NCBI GenBank assembly: GCA_029256085.1
Contig: JAQSYP010000003.1
Coordinates: 127,193-191,192, forward strand
Reading direction: 5' to 3'
Length of the DNA: 64,000 nt
Origin: Bacillales bacterium
GTDB taxonomy: Bacteria > Bacillota > Bacilli > CAJFEE01
Shown here in pieces: positions 49,904 through 58,123 of this stretch (within the stretch, counting starts at the first letter, position 1; every line of letters begins with the position of its first letter). A program made the translations under genes and the position numbers. Below the pieces are notes generated by a model. It was not told the DNA's origin and made no database searches. It worked only from the letters and a program-made list of their open reading frames with translations.

Positions 49904-49930
49904 TAAACTATTCAATCACTATGCCGATAT
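49904..49930 (+). promoter_or_regulatory. Sigma-D (sigma-28) promoter for the yvyF-flgM-flgN-flgK-flgL operon
   Basis: TAAA (49904-49907), a 15-nt spacer, then GCCGATAT (49923-49930). This is a perfect match to the B. subtilis SigD consensus, 38 nt upstream of the ATG. Confidence 0.75.
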
Positions 49931-49967
49931 ACTATATAGAAGAATGTATATATAGGGGGCGTCTAGC

Positions 49968-50399
49968 ATGAATCAACTGGAGAGTTGTCCTAGATGTGAT
50001 AAGATTTTCGTTAAAACGAAAATGAGAGATATTTGCGAAGAGTGTTTTAAGAAGGATTACGAATATCTACAGACGGTGTTAAACTTCCTTAGAAAAAGGA
50101 CCAATAGAACGGCTTCATTAAAAGAAATATGTGAAAAAACAGGCGTAGATATAGAGTATATAGAGAGATTTATACAAACTGGTAAAATTAAAGTTGCAGA
50201 TTTCCCTAACTTAGGCTATCCATGTAAAAAATGTGGTGCACTGATTAAAGATGGTACTATATGCATAAAATGCCGAGAAGAAATGAATGATGAACTTAGA
50301 AGTTTTGCAAAAGAAACAGAAAGACAAAAAGAAATTGAGGAAAGAAACAAAAAATTACAGCAAAATCATCAAGCAACATATTATTCGCAGGATGAATAA
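49968..50399 (+). CDS. Flagellar operon zinc-ribbon protein, YvyF-like
   Basis: CPRCDKIF...CEEC and CKKCG...CIKC. It sits immediately upstream of flgM as in B. subtilis. Confidence 0.7.
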   Translation: MNQLESCPRCDKIFVKTKMRDICEECFKKDYEYLQTVLNFLRKRTNRTASLKEICEKTGVDIEYIERFIQTGKIKVADFPNLGYPCKKCGALIKDGTICIKCREEMNDELRSFAKETERQKEIEERNKKLQQNHQATYYSQDE

Positions 50400-50419
50400 A
50401 TGAAAAGGAGTGATAGAAT

Positions 50420-50686
50420 ATGAAAATTGAGCGTAATAATTTAGGCCCTGTGAATCCATATAAACAACAATCGAATATCAGGCGCTCTAACTCCTCTAGT
50501 TTTTCTGGCGAAGATAAAATTGAAATCTCTTCTGCGGCTTTAGAAATGCAAGAATCGTCGAAGTTTCTTTCTGAGAGAAATGAGAGAATTGAGCAAATAA
50601 AGAAAGAAATAAATAGTGGGAATTTTAAAGTGAACGAATTTGAGGTTGCTAAAAGTATGTACAATTACTATTTCAATAACAAATAA
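50420..50686 (+). CDS. flgM: Anti-sigma-28 factor FlgM
   Basis: 88 aa with a C-terminal RIEQIKKEINSGNFKVNEFEVAKSM pattern. Conserved position. Confidence 0.8.
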   Translation: MKIERNNLGPVNPYKQQSNIRRSNSSSFSGEDKIEISSAALEMQESSKFLSERNERIEQIKKEINSGNFKVNEFEVAKSMYNYYFNNK

Positions 50687-50703
50687 CTAACGGAGGGCTT
50701 ATT

Positions 50704-51204
50704 ATGAGTGCTAAAATTCTTTTAGATAAACTGCGCAAGTTGTTAGACATCAACCAAGAACTTCTAAAATTAGGTCAAGAAAAAACAGAAGCACTCAAAG
50801 CAAATAATCTCCAGCTACTAGAAGAAGTTATTAAAAATGAACAAAGATGTATTGCAATGATGCGTTTTGCTGATGAAGAACGAACGTGTGCAGCATTAGC
50901 AATATTTAAGGGTATGGAATTACCTACTAATGAACCAACAATTAATGACTGTCTAGCAGTAATTACTGATACAAAATTAAAAGAAGAACTATACTCACTA
51001 CAAAACGAATTGTTAATAGTTACGAGCAATTTGCAAAACATTAATGATTTAAATCAACAATTACTAAAACAATCACTTCAATTTGTTAATATAATGTTGG
51101 ATTCTCTAAATCCACAAAGAAATATAACAAACTACGAATCTAAGGGAAACATCGTAAAAGATAAAAACGCCCCTAAAAATTCAATGTTTGATTCGAAAGC
51201 TTAA
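50704..51204 (+). CDS. FlgN-family flagellar chaperone (YvyG-like)
   Basis: 166-aa helical protein between flgM and flgK with an N-terminal LL..L.....LL.L..EKTEALK.NNL pattern. Confidence 0.65.
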   Translation: MSAKILLDKLRKLLDINQELLKLGQEKTEALKANNLQLLEEVIKNEQRCIAMMRFADEERTCAALAIFKGMELPTNEPTINDCLAVITDTKLKEELYSLQNELLIVTSNLQNINDLNQQLLKQSLQFVNIMLDSLNPQRNITNYESKGNIVKDKNAPKNSMFDSKA

Positions 51205-51233
51205 TAGCTTCATAGAGGGGGGATTCATAAGAG

Positions 51234-52778
51234 ATGAGATCTACTTTTTTTGGCTTAGAAACTGCAAGACGTGGAATGACTACACAACAAACAGCATTAT
51301 ATGTTACTGGACATAATATATCTAATGCAAATACTGAAGGATATACGAGACAAAGAGTTAATTTCACGACTACGGATCCGTATCCACCAGCATCGATGAA
51401 CCGTCCTCAAATGGCAGGCCAGATGGGTACAGGTGTACAAGCAGGTACAATTCAGCGTGTGCGTGAAGGATTTTTAGATTTACAATTCCGTGGTGAATCA
51501 AATAAATTTAACTATTACTCTACCAAAGCTGATGCTTTAGAGAAAATGGAAGAAATAATGAATGAACCGAGTGAACAAGGTCTTTCAAAGACTTTAGATA
51601 GATTTTGGCAGGCTTTACAAGATTTATCAGTAAATCCTCAAAATACGGGAGCACGTGCCGTAGTGCGTCAACGTGGGGTTGCAGTCTCTGAAACGTTTAA
51701 TTACTTATCAAATTCTCTAGAACAAATCAAAAAGGATTTCACATCTCAAACTGAAGTAGGAGTGAAAGAAGTAAATTCCTTATTGAGCCAGATAAATGAA
51801 CTAAATAAACAGATTTCTGATGTAGAGCCTCATGGATATCTACCAAATGATTTATATGATCAACGTGATAACTTAATAGACAAGCTTTCTAGTTTTGTTA
51901 ATATCAAAGTTACGTACCAATCAGCTGGGGGGAATTCTGTTTCTATCGCAGAAGGTGTTGCTCAGATTGATTTGATGGATGCATCAGGTACAACCGTTAT
52001 AGATAATCTAGTAGATGCTGCTAGTAAAACCTTTGATGAAATTGCTATCACAGACAGTAATAGTGATGGGAACTATGATCAGTTTAGCGTCGGTGGGACA
52101 AGTAGTGACTTATCCTCTCTTAACACTAATGGTAAGTTAATGTCTTTGATACACGCAGCTGGTTATCAAGATGACAGTGTTAGTGTTGGTAAGGGATTAT
52201 ATGCAGACATGATCCACAAATTAGATGAGATGGCTTTTGCCTTTGCAAATTCTTTTAATACTGTACATGCTGCTGGATACAGTATAACTGATATAAATTC
52301 AGGCAAGACTCCGAGGGATTTCTTTAGTTTTGGCACTGCAGCACCAACTGCTGCAAACACTACTGGTGCGGCAAAAGCATTAAAATTAGATCAATCAATC
52401 TATGATTCTCTTGATAATATCGCAGCAGCTACAAGTATGAGTGTTGGTGATGGTAGTAACGCGCTTCTATTAGCGAACGTAAAAAGTAACCAAATGACAA
52501 TAGATGGAAATACGACTACAATTCAAAGTTACTATGAAAGTGCAATTGGTGGAATGGCAGTCGATGCTCAAGAGGCTAATCGCTTAGCAGCAAATTATGA
52601 AGTTCTAATGGGTTCTGTTAATGAAAGACGTATGTCTGTAAGTGCAGTTTCATTAGATGAAGAGATGGTTAATATGGTTAAATTCCAGCATGCATATAAC
52701 GCTTCTGCTAGAAATATTACAGTTGTAGATGAAATGTTAGATAAAATTATTAACGGTCTAGGCACCGGCGGAAGATAG
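51234..52778 (+). CDS. flgK: Flagellar hook-associated protein 1 FlgK
   Basis: MRSTFFGLETARRGM...NISNANTEGYTRQ and C-terminal VSLDEEMVNMVKFQHAYNASAR. Confidence 0.92.
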   Translation: MRSTFFGLETARRGMTTQQTALYVTGHNISNANTEGYTRQRVNFTTTDPYPPASMNRPQMAGQMGTGVQAGTIQRVREGFLDLQFRGESNKFNYYSTKADALEKMEEIMNEPSEQGLSKTLDRFWQALQDLSVNPQNTGARAVVRQRGVAVSETFNYLSNSLEQIKKDFTSQTEVGVKEVNSLLSQINELNKQISDVEPHGYLPNDLYDQRDNLIDKLSSFVNIKVTYQSAGGNSVSIAEGVAQIDLMDASGTTVIDNLVDAASKTFDEIAITDSNSDGNYDQFSVGGTSSDLSSLNTNGKLMSLIHAAGYQDDSVSVGKGLYADMIHKLDEMAFAFANSFNTVHAAGYSITDINSGKTPRDFFSFGTAAPTAANTTGAAKALKLDQSIYDSLDNIAAATSMSVGDGSNALLLANVKSNQMTIDGNTTTIQSYYESAIGGMAVDAQEANRLAANYEVLMGSVNERRMSVSAVSLDEEMVNMVKFQHAYNASARNITVVDEMLDKIINGLGTGGR

Positions 52779-52791
52779 GGGTGATGACTAA

Positions 52792-53676
52792 ATGCGAGTA
52801 ACTCAAGGAATGCTATCCAATCGGTCAATTCTTAATCTTAGTAGAAGCTATAAAAATTTAGGTAAATACCAAGAACAACTCGAAACTGGTAAGAAAATCT
52901 CAAAACCTTCTGACGATCCAGTAGTAGCGATGAAGGGTGTAATGTATAGAACTGATTTAACAGAAATTGAACAGTATCGCCGTAACGCGGGTGAAGCAAC
53001 TACTTGGTTAGAAACGACTGATTCAGCATATGGTCATGCCGCTAGTATTCTTCAGCGTGGTAGAGAGTTAGCAGTACAGTTGTCAAACGGTACTTACTCT
53101 GGTGAAGATAAAATTGCTGCAGAAAAAGAGATCGAGCAATTGAAGAAGGATTTAGTAAGTGTTGCTAATACACAAGTTGCTGGAAAATATATTTTTAATG
53201 GTACAGATATCTTGGATAAACCGGTTGTAGTAGATCCTGTTACTGGAATTGTAAGTTCAGTTTCAAATAATACCGCTTCTTTAGATGTAGAAGTTTCCAG
53301 AGGAGTTAACCTTAAGGTTAATTCTAACCCGACTACTTTTTTCAATGCTGATTTATTCTCAGATTTTGAAAATTTATCTAATGCATTAAAAACTGGCTCG
53401 ACGGGAATTGACAGCTTCATTGGATCAATAGACAGAAATCTAGACAACCTAAATTTAGAACGATCTGAAGTTGGGGCACGTCATAATCGACTTGAATTGA
53501 TTGAAACACGTAATTCAGAACAAGAAATTATAGCTAACAGGATTCTAGGTGATAATGAAGGTGCAGATATTGAACGAGTTATAATGAACCTGAAATTACA
53601 AGAATCTGTACATCAGGCAGCACTTTCTGTAGGGGCTAGAATTATGCAACAATCACTTATGGACTTTTTAAGATAA
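52792..53676 (+). CDS. flgL: Flagellar hook-associated protein 3 FlgL
   Basis: MRVTQGML...SKPSDDPV and C-terminal NLKLQESVHQAALSVGARIMQQSLMDFLR. Confidence 0.9.
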   Translation: MRVTQGMLSNRSILNLSRSYKNLGKYQEQLETGKKISKPSDDPVVAMKGVMYRTDLTEIEQYRRNAGEATTWLETTDSAYGHAASILQRGRELAVQLSNGTYSGEDKIAAEKEIEQLKKDLVSVANTQVAGKYIFNGTDILDKPVVVDPVTGIVSSVSNNTASLDVEVSRGVNLKVNSNPTTFFNADLFSDFENLSNALKTGSTGIDSFIGSIDRNLDNLNLERSEVGARHNRLELIETRNSEQEIIANRILGDNEGADIERVIMNLKLQESVHQAALSVGARIMQQSLMDFLR

Positions 53677-53731
53677 ACATATTAGCGATCATTCTTGGTC
53701 GCTTTTTCTTCTATATTCGGAGGTGAAATAC

Positions 53732-54295
53732 TTGAAACTTCCTCAAATAAGAATTCAATCAGAATTTATTAAAATTGGGCAAAATACAACAAACGCACAA
53801 CTAAAAATGGACCGACTAGACGCAAGGCAAGAAGTTAAACAAAGTACTGTAAAAATGATAGTTGAAACAACCCCAAGCAAACTGACAATTGATCAAAATC
53901 AAGCGTGGTCAGATATGGATTTGAAAAGCGTATTTGAAAGAACTGAAGAAGCAGCTGATTTAGGTTATCAAGCATGGTTAGAAGGAATGGCTAGAGAATC
54001 CCAAGAAGGAGACGCTTTTATAAAGATTCATAATAAAAGTAATCCTATTGTAGAACAAGCAATAGCAAATTCAGTCCAAAGACCTTTTGAAACTGGACTA
54101 GGTTACGTTCCATCATATGGAAGCGTGAAAATTAATTTTAGCCCAACTATAATCAATATAGAATGGGATATGCAAAAAGCAGTTAGTAATTACACGCCTG
54201 GGGGAGTAGATATTGAATATACTCCTGGAAAAGTAGATGGGGAATTAGAAAAAAGGAACTCTCTTAAAATAGATTTTACCAATATATACGCTTAG
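53732..54295 (+). CDS. YviE-like protein (DUF6470-type) of the flgL-fliW interval
   Basis: The position matches B. subtilis yviE and the N-terminus is (M)KLPQIRIQSEFIKIG. TTG at 53732 lies 8 nt after GGAGG; the GTG at 53723 lies inside the RBS. Confidence 0.55.
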   Translation: MKLPQIRIQSEFIKIGQNTTNAQLKMDRLDARQEVKQSTVKMIVETTPSKLTIDQNQAWSDMDLKSVFERTEEAADLGYQAWLEGMARESQEGDAFIKIHNKSNPIVEQAIANSVQRPFETGLGYVPSYGSVKINFSPTIINIEWDMQKAVSNYTPGGVDIEYTPGKVDGELEKRNSLKIDFTNIYA

Positions 54296-54306
54296 GAGGT
54301 TAAGAA

Positions 54307-54738
54307 ATGAAACTTGCAACGAAATATCACGGTGAAGTTGAAATTCACGATAACGAAATAATAACCTTCGAAAAGGGAATACCTGGATTTGAGGAAGAAA
54401 AAAACTTTGTTATCATTCCTTATGATAATAAGTCTCCTTTTTATATACTTCAATCAACGAAAAATGAAGAACTGGCATTTATTACGGTAGATATATTTAC
54501 ATTTTACTCTGATTACTATTATGATCTTTCGAAAAACGATATAGAATTATTACAAGTAAGTGATCCAGCTGACGTGATTACTCTAGGAATTGTTACGGTT
54601 AAAGAAGAATTAAATAATAGTACAGTTAATTTGTACGCACCTCTGGTTATAAATTTAAATAAAAAATTAGGGAAACAAATAATTTTACTAGAATCAGGAT
54701 TTAATGTAAGAACACCATTATTCGTAAAATCTACTTAA
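54307..54738 (+). CDS. fliW: Flagellar assembly factor FliW (CsrA antagonist)
   Basis: ITFEKGIPGFEEEKNFVIIP and NLYAPLVINLNKKLGKQIIL. Confidence 0.9.
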   Translation: MKLATKYHGEVEIHDNEIITFEKGIPGFEEEKNFVIIPYDNKSPFYILQSTKNEELAFITVDIFTFYSDYYYDLSKNDIELLQVSDPADVITLGIVTVKEELNNSTVNLYAPLVINLNKKLGKQIILLESGFNVRTPLFVKST

Positions 54739-54753
54739 GGTGAGGTGTCTACA

Positions 54754-54981
54754 GTGTTAATACTTACTAGAAAAAAAGGTGAGTCAATTATAATAGGTGA
54801 CAATATCGAAATAAGTATTGTTGAAGTAAATGGCGACCAAATAAAATTAGGAATAAACGCACCACGTAATGTAGAGGTCTATCGGAAGGAAATATACCAA
54901 GTTATTAAGGATCAAAACAGCGAGGCATCAAAGACTAATATAAATCTATTTGAACTACTAAACAATAATTTTAAAGAATAG
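54754..54981 (+). CDS. csrA: Carbon storage regulator CsrA
   Basis: (M)[47 protein letters not shown] is colinear with B. subtilis CsrA. GTG at 54754 lies 8 nt after AAGGTGAGG; the GTG at 54745 lies inside the RBS. Confidence 0.92.
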   Translation: MLILTRKKGESIIIGDNIEISIVEVNGDQIKLGINAPRNVEVYRKEIYQVIKDQNSEASKTNINLFELLNNNFKE

Positions 54982-55000
54982 CTGCTCGCTATTCTTTTTA
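54974..55000 (+). terminator. Intrinsic terminator after csrA
   Basis: 9-bp stem AAGAATAGC / GCTATTCTT, loop TGCTC, then a T-run. Confidence 0.6.
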
Positions 55001-55042
55001 TATTATTTTTTTAAAAAATTATTTTTTTTTTTAATTTACTAT

Positions 55043-55068
55043 TAAAATTTAAATTGCATGTACGATAT
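55043..55068 (+). promoter_or_regulatory. Candidate sigma-D promoter of the flagellin gene
   Basis: TAAA (55043-55046), a 14-nt spacer, then TACGATAT (6 of 8 matches to GCCGATAT). It would give a leader of about 100 nt. Confidence 0.5.
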
Positions 55069-55131
55069 AATAGACATGAGATTAAATAAAGTCGAATTCC
55101 GGAATAGACTTTAACTCAAATACAATTAATT

Positions 55132-55166
55132 GTTCACATGGATGTGAACTATAAAAAACATGGAGG
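55132..55166 (+). promoter_or_regulatory. Two CsrA binding sites in the flagellin leader (BS1 hairpin, BS2 over the Shine-Dalgarno)
   Basis: Perfect hairpin GTTCACA-TGGA-TGTGAAC (55132-55149) presents GGA in the loop. The second ACATGGA covers the SD GGAGG (55162-55166). The GGA motifs are 22 nt apart. Confidence 0.6.
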
Positions 55167-55174
55167 TAATACAA

Positions 55175-55990
55175 ATGAGAATTAATCACAATATCCAAGC
55201 TTTAAACACTCACCGTCAATTATCAGTAAACAATAACGCTTCTGCTAAATCTATGGAAAAGTTAGCTTCAGGTTTACGTATTAACCGTGCTGGCGACGAC
55301 GCTGCAGGTCTTTCAATTTCTGAAAAAATGCGTGGACAAATCCGTGGTTTAGAGCAAGCTTCTCGTAACGCTCAAGACGGTATCTCAATGATCCAAACTG
55401 CTGAAGGTGGATTAAACGAAACTCATGCAATTCTTCAACGTATGCGTGAATTAGCAGTACAAGGTGCTAACGATTCAAACGTTACAGCTGACCGTGTTGC
55501 TATCTCTGATGAGTTAAAAGCATTAGGTAAAGAAATCACTCGTATCGCTGGAGAAACAGAATTCAATACACAAAAAATTATCTCTGCTGACGGAAGCTAT
55601 GCATTCCAAGTTGGTGCTAACAGTGGTCAAACAATCACTTTACAAATCACATCAATGAACGCAACTGCATTAGGAATCGCTAACTCAATCGTATCTATCA
55701 CTGATAACGCTTCAGCTAACGCTTCAATCACAAGAATCAACAGTGCTATTGAAACTGTATCTAAAGAGCGTTCTAACCTTGGTGCTGTTCAAAACCGTTT
55801 AGAGCACACAATCAAGAACTTAGAAACTGGCGCTGAAAACATTACAGCTGCTGAGTCTCGTGTTCGTGACGTTGACATGGCTAAAGAAATGATGAACTTC
55901 TCTAAGAACAACATTCTTTCTCAAGCTGCTCAAGCAATGCTTGCTCAAGCAAACCAAGCTCCACAAGGCGTACTTCAATTACTACGTTAA
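55175..55990 (+). CDS. hag: Flagellin (271 aa, D0/D1-only type)
   Basis: MRINHNIQALN, GLRINRAGDDAAGLSISEKMRGQIRGLEQASRNAQDG and C-terminal MLAQANQAPQGVLQLLR. Strongly biased codon usage. ATG at 55175 follows GGAGG. Confidence 0.95.
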   Translation: MRINHNIQALNTHRQLSVNNNASAKSMEKLASGLRINRAGDDAAGLSISEKMRGQIRGLEQASRNAQDGISMIQTAEGGLNETHAILQRMRELAVQGANDSNVTADRVAISDELKALGKEITRIAGETEFNTQKIISADGSYAFQVGANSGQTITLQITSMNATALGIANSIVSITDNASANASITRINSAIETVSKERSNLGAVQNRLEHTIKNLETGAENITAAESRVRDVDMAKEMMNFSKNNILSQAAQAMLAQANQAPQGVLQLLR

Positions 55991-56002
55991 TTAAAAATAA
56001 TA

Positions 56003-56031
56003 AGCAACCAACTTTGTTGGTTGCTTTTTTT
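56003..56031 (+). terminator. Intrinsic terminator of the flagellin gene
   Basis: Stem AGCAACCAAC / (G)TTGGTTGCT, loop TTTG, then a T7 run. Confidence 0.85.
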
Positions 56032-56045
56032 AAAGGTGAATATCT

Positions 56046-57755
56046 ATGATAACTAGGGATGAAAAAATAATAATAGATTTTGTGGAATCTAAGGATAAAA
56101 CTGTATTAATACCGAGAGTTAACAATAACAATCTAGAAAGTATTTATAATCCTATAAAAGCAACCGACGATTTAATAAAATCTATTTATAAAGAGAAAAA
56201 TTTATTAATAGTTTTTGGTCTCGGTTCGGGAGAAGTAATAAAAAGCTTTGAAGAACAATCAAAAGATGATCAAGATTTTTTACTAATAGTTGAGCCAATA
56301 GAGGCAATTTATAGTAATTTTATGGAAAATTATGAAACGAAAAATAAGATTTATATAACAACATTAGAAGACTTTATAAATGTAAAAGATAAATTTTTAC
56401 AGCTTTTAACAAATTACGGTGGAAAATACGTAGAGTCATCTCTACTTGGATATAAGAAAATATTAGAAGGCACATATTTAGAATTTTTAAAGACTTTAAG
56501 AAGAATGGTAGGAATTGTTCTACTAAACAAGAATACTGTTTATGCGTTTTCGAAAATCTGGCAGAGAAACATTATTCATACTCTAAAGTCATTGGCTACA
56601 TCGGTATCTATAAATGATTTGAAAGGTAGAATGGGAAAGCCTGTGGTTGTAGCGTCTGGGGGGCCTTCACTAATAAAGCAACTGCAATATTTAAAAGAGT
56701 ATAGAAATAAAATATTTATCATTGCTGCTGGATCGAGTGTAACTACTCTTATTAAAAATGACATTAAACCTGATTTAATAGTAGGGATTGACGGTTCGGA
56801 GGCTAATTATAGGCATTTCCAACAGGTGTTAGATTATGAAATCCCTTTAGCATATAACTCTGCTTTAAATTACCAAATAATCGATGAATACAAGGGCAAG
56901 AAGATATTTTTTAATTCTAACTTTGACCTTTTTATTGGAAGACTGTTAGATAGAGAGTTAGGAATTAACATTCAAGACTTTACTGGTGGTGCATCGGTTG
57001 CAAACTTTTCGCTCGAACTTGCAAACTATATTTGCAAATCGGAGGTTTGTGTAATTGGACAAGACTTAGCGTACACAGATGGTAAATCACATGCTGAGGG
57101 TAATACTTATTATAAGGAATATTCAGAGGAAGATTTAGCTAAGAAAAAAGCCTACTTAGCTGATGGGTACTATGGTGATAAGGTATATACAGATGATTCC
57201 TTTATCACAATGCTAGAAGGAATGGAAAGATTTTCTAGAATAACTGAAAATAGAACTTTCTATAACTGTACAGAGGGCGGAATTAATATTAAAGGAATGA
57301 AAAATGTTCCTTTCTCCCAATTCTTATCAGATTTCACTAATAATAACATACAACCTACATTAGATGAAATTTTTAATGAAGTACCATTTATTACAACTGA
57401 AACAGAGATAAATGATATTTTAAATAGAAAAAAACAGGATATGGAATTGACTCTCGGATTATGTAAAAAGGCAGTCGACATTCTTAATAAAGTAAAGAAG
57501 AGCAACAATAAATTTACAAATAAGCAAATTAAGTTATTAAGCAAATATGATGAGGAATTGAAAGAATATCTTCAAGATGATTTTATTTATAATTTCATGC
57601 ATTCTACACTTCTAGAAGTGGATAATCTAATGAAGAATATAAATGAGGAAAATAAAGAGGATTCAGTTATAAAAAGTAGTTATGTATTATATAAAGGTTT
57701 ATATGATTCTGCAGAATTTGGAAAGAATACTATAGAAAATGTTATGAAAAGTTGA
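56046..57755 (+). CDS. Motility-associated factor (Maf / DUF115, MptE-like) - candidate flagellin nonulosonic-acid glycosyltransferase, long paralogue
   Basis: KPVVVASGGPSLIKQL and VIGQDLAYTDGKSHA motifs typical of the Maf/DUF115 core. Located directly downstream of hag. Confidence 0.75.
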   Translation: MITRDEKIIIDFVESKDKTVLIPRVNNNNLESIYNPIKATDDLIKSIYKEKNLLIVFGLGSGEVIKSFEEQSKDDQDFLLIVEPIEAIYSNFMENYETKNKIYITTLEDFINVKDKFLQLLTNYGGKYVESSLLGYKKILEGTYLEFLKTLRRMVGIVLLNKNTVYAFSKIWQRNIIHTLKSLATSVSINDLKGRMGKPVVVASGGPSLIKQLQYLKEYRNKIFIIAAGSSVTTLIKNDIKPDLIVGIDGSEANYRHFQQVLDYEIPLAYNSALNYQIIDEYKGKKIFFNSNFDLFIGRLLDRELGINIQDFTGGASVANFSLELANYICKSEVCVIGQDLAYTDGKSHAEGNTYYKEYSEEDLAKKKAYLADGYYGDKVYTDDSFITMLEGMERFSRITENRTFYNCTEGGINIKGMKNVPFSQFLSDFTNNNIQPTLDEIFNEVPFITTETEINDILNRKKQDMELTLGLCKKAVDILNKVKKSNNKFTNKQIKLLSKYDEELKEYLQDDFIYNFMHSTLLEVDNLMKNINEENKEDSVIKSSYVLYKGLYDSAEFGKNTIENVMKS

Positions 57756-57764
57756 GGTTTAATA

Positions 57765-58121
57765 ATGGAAAAAAATCTACTAGAAACATTAGAAGTAACA
57801 AATGAATTTATAATAAACATAATAGAAAAACTTGTTGATACAGCAACAAGTTTTCAATCAAGTGATGATAGTCAAGGGTTTAACAAGTTAATTTTGTTAA
57901 TAGATGATTTGTTACTGTTAAATGAGGCATTAGAGAGTATAAATACTTCAGTTAATGAGCAAATATTCAATATGAATATTATCAACAATATTCTAATTGA
58001 ATTTAACGAAGCACTTGAGAATAATGACATAGTTATGATTTCTGATTTGTTAGAGTATGAAGTAAGGCCTTTTCTAGGCATGATTTCTGATAATATTAAT
58101 GGCATAATTAAAGGGAATTAG
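57765..58121 (+). CDS. Hypothetical small acidic all-helical protein between the two Maf genes
   Basis: 118-aa ORF tightly packed (9 nt after maf-1; its stop is 2 nt before maf-2). Rich in L/I/N/E/D. I recognised no family motif. Confidence 0.45.
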   Translation: MEKNLLETLEVTNEFIINIIEKLVDTATSFQSSDDSQGFNKLILLIDDLLLLNEALESINTSVNEQIFNMNIINNILIEFNEALENNDIVMISDLLEYEVRPFLGMISDNINGIIKGN

Positions 58122-58123
58122 TC

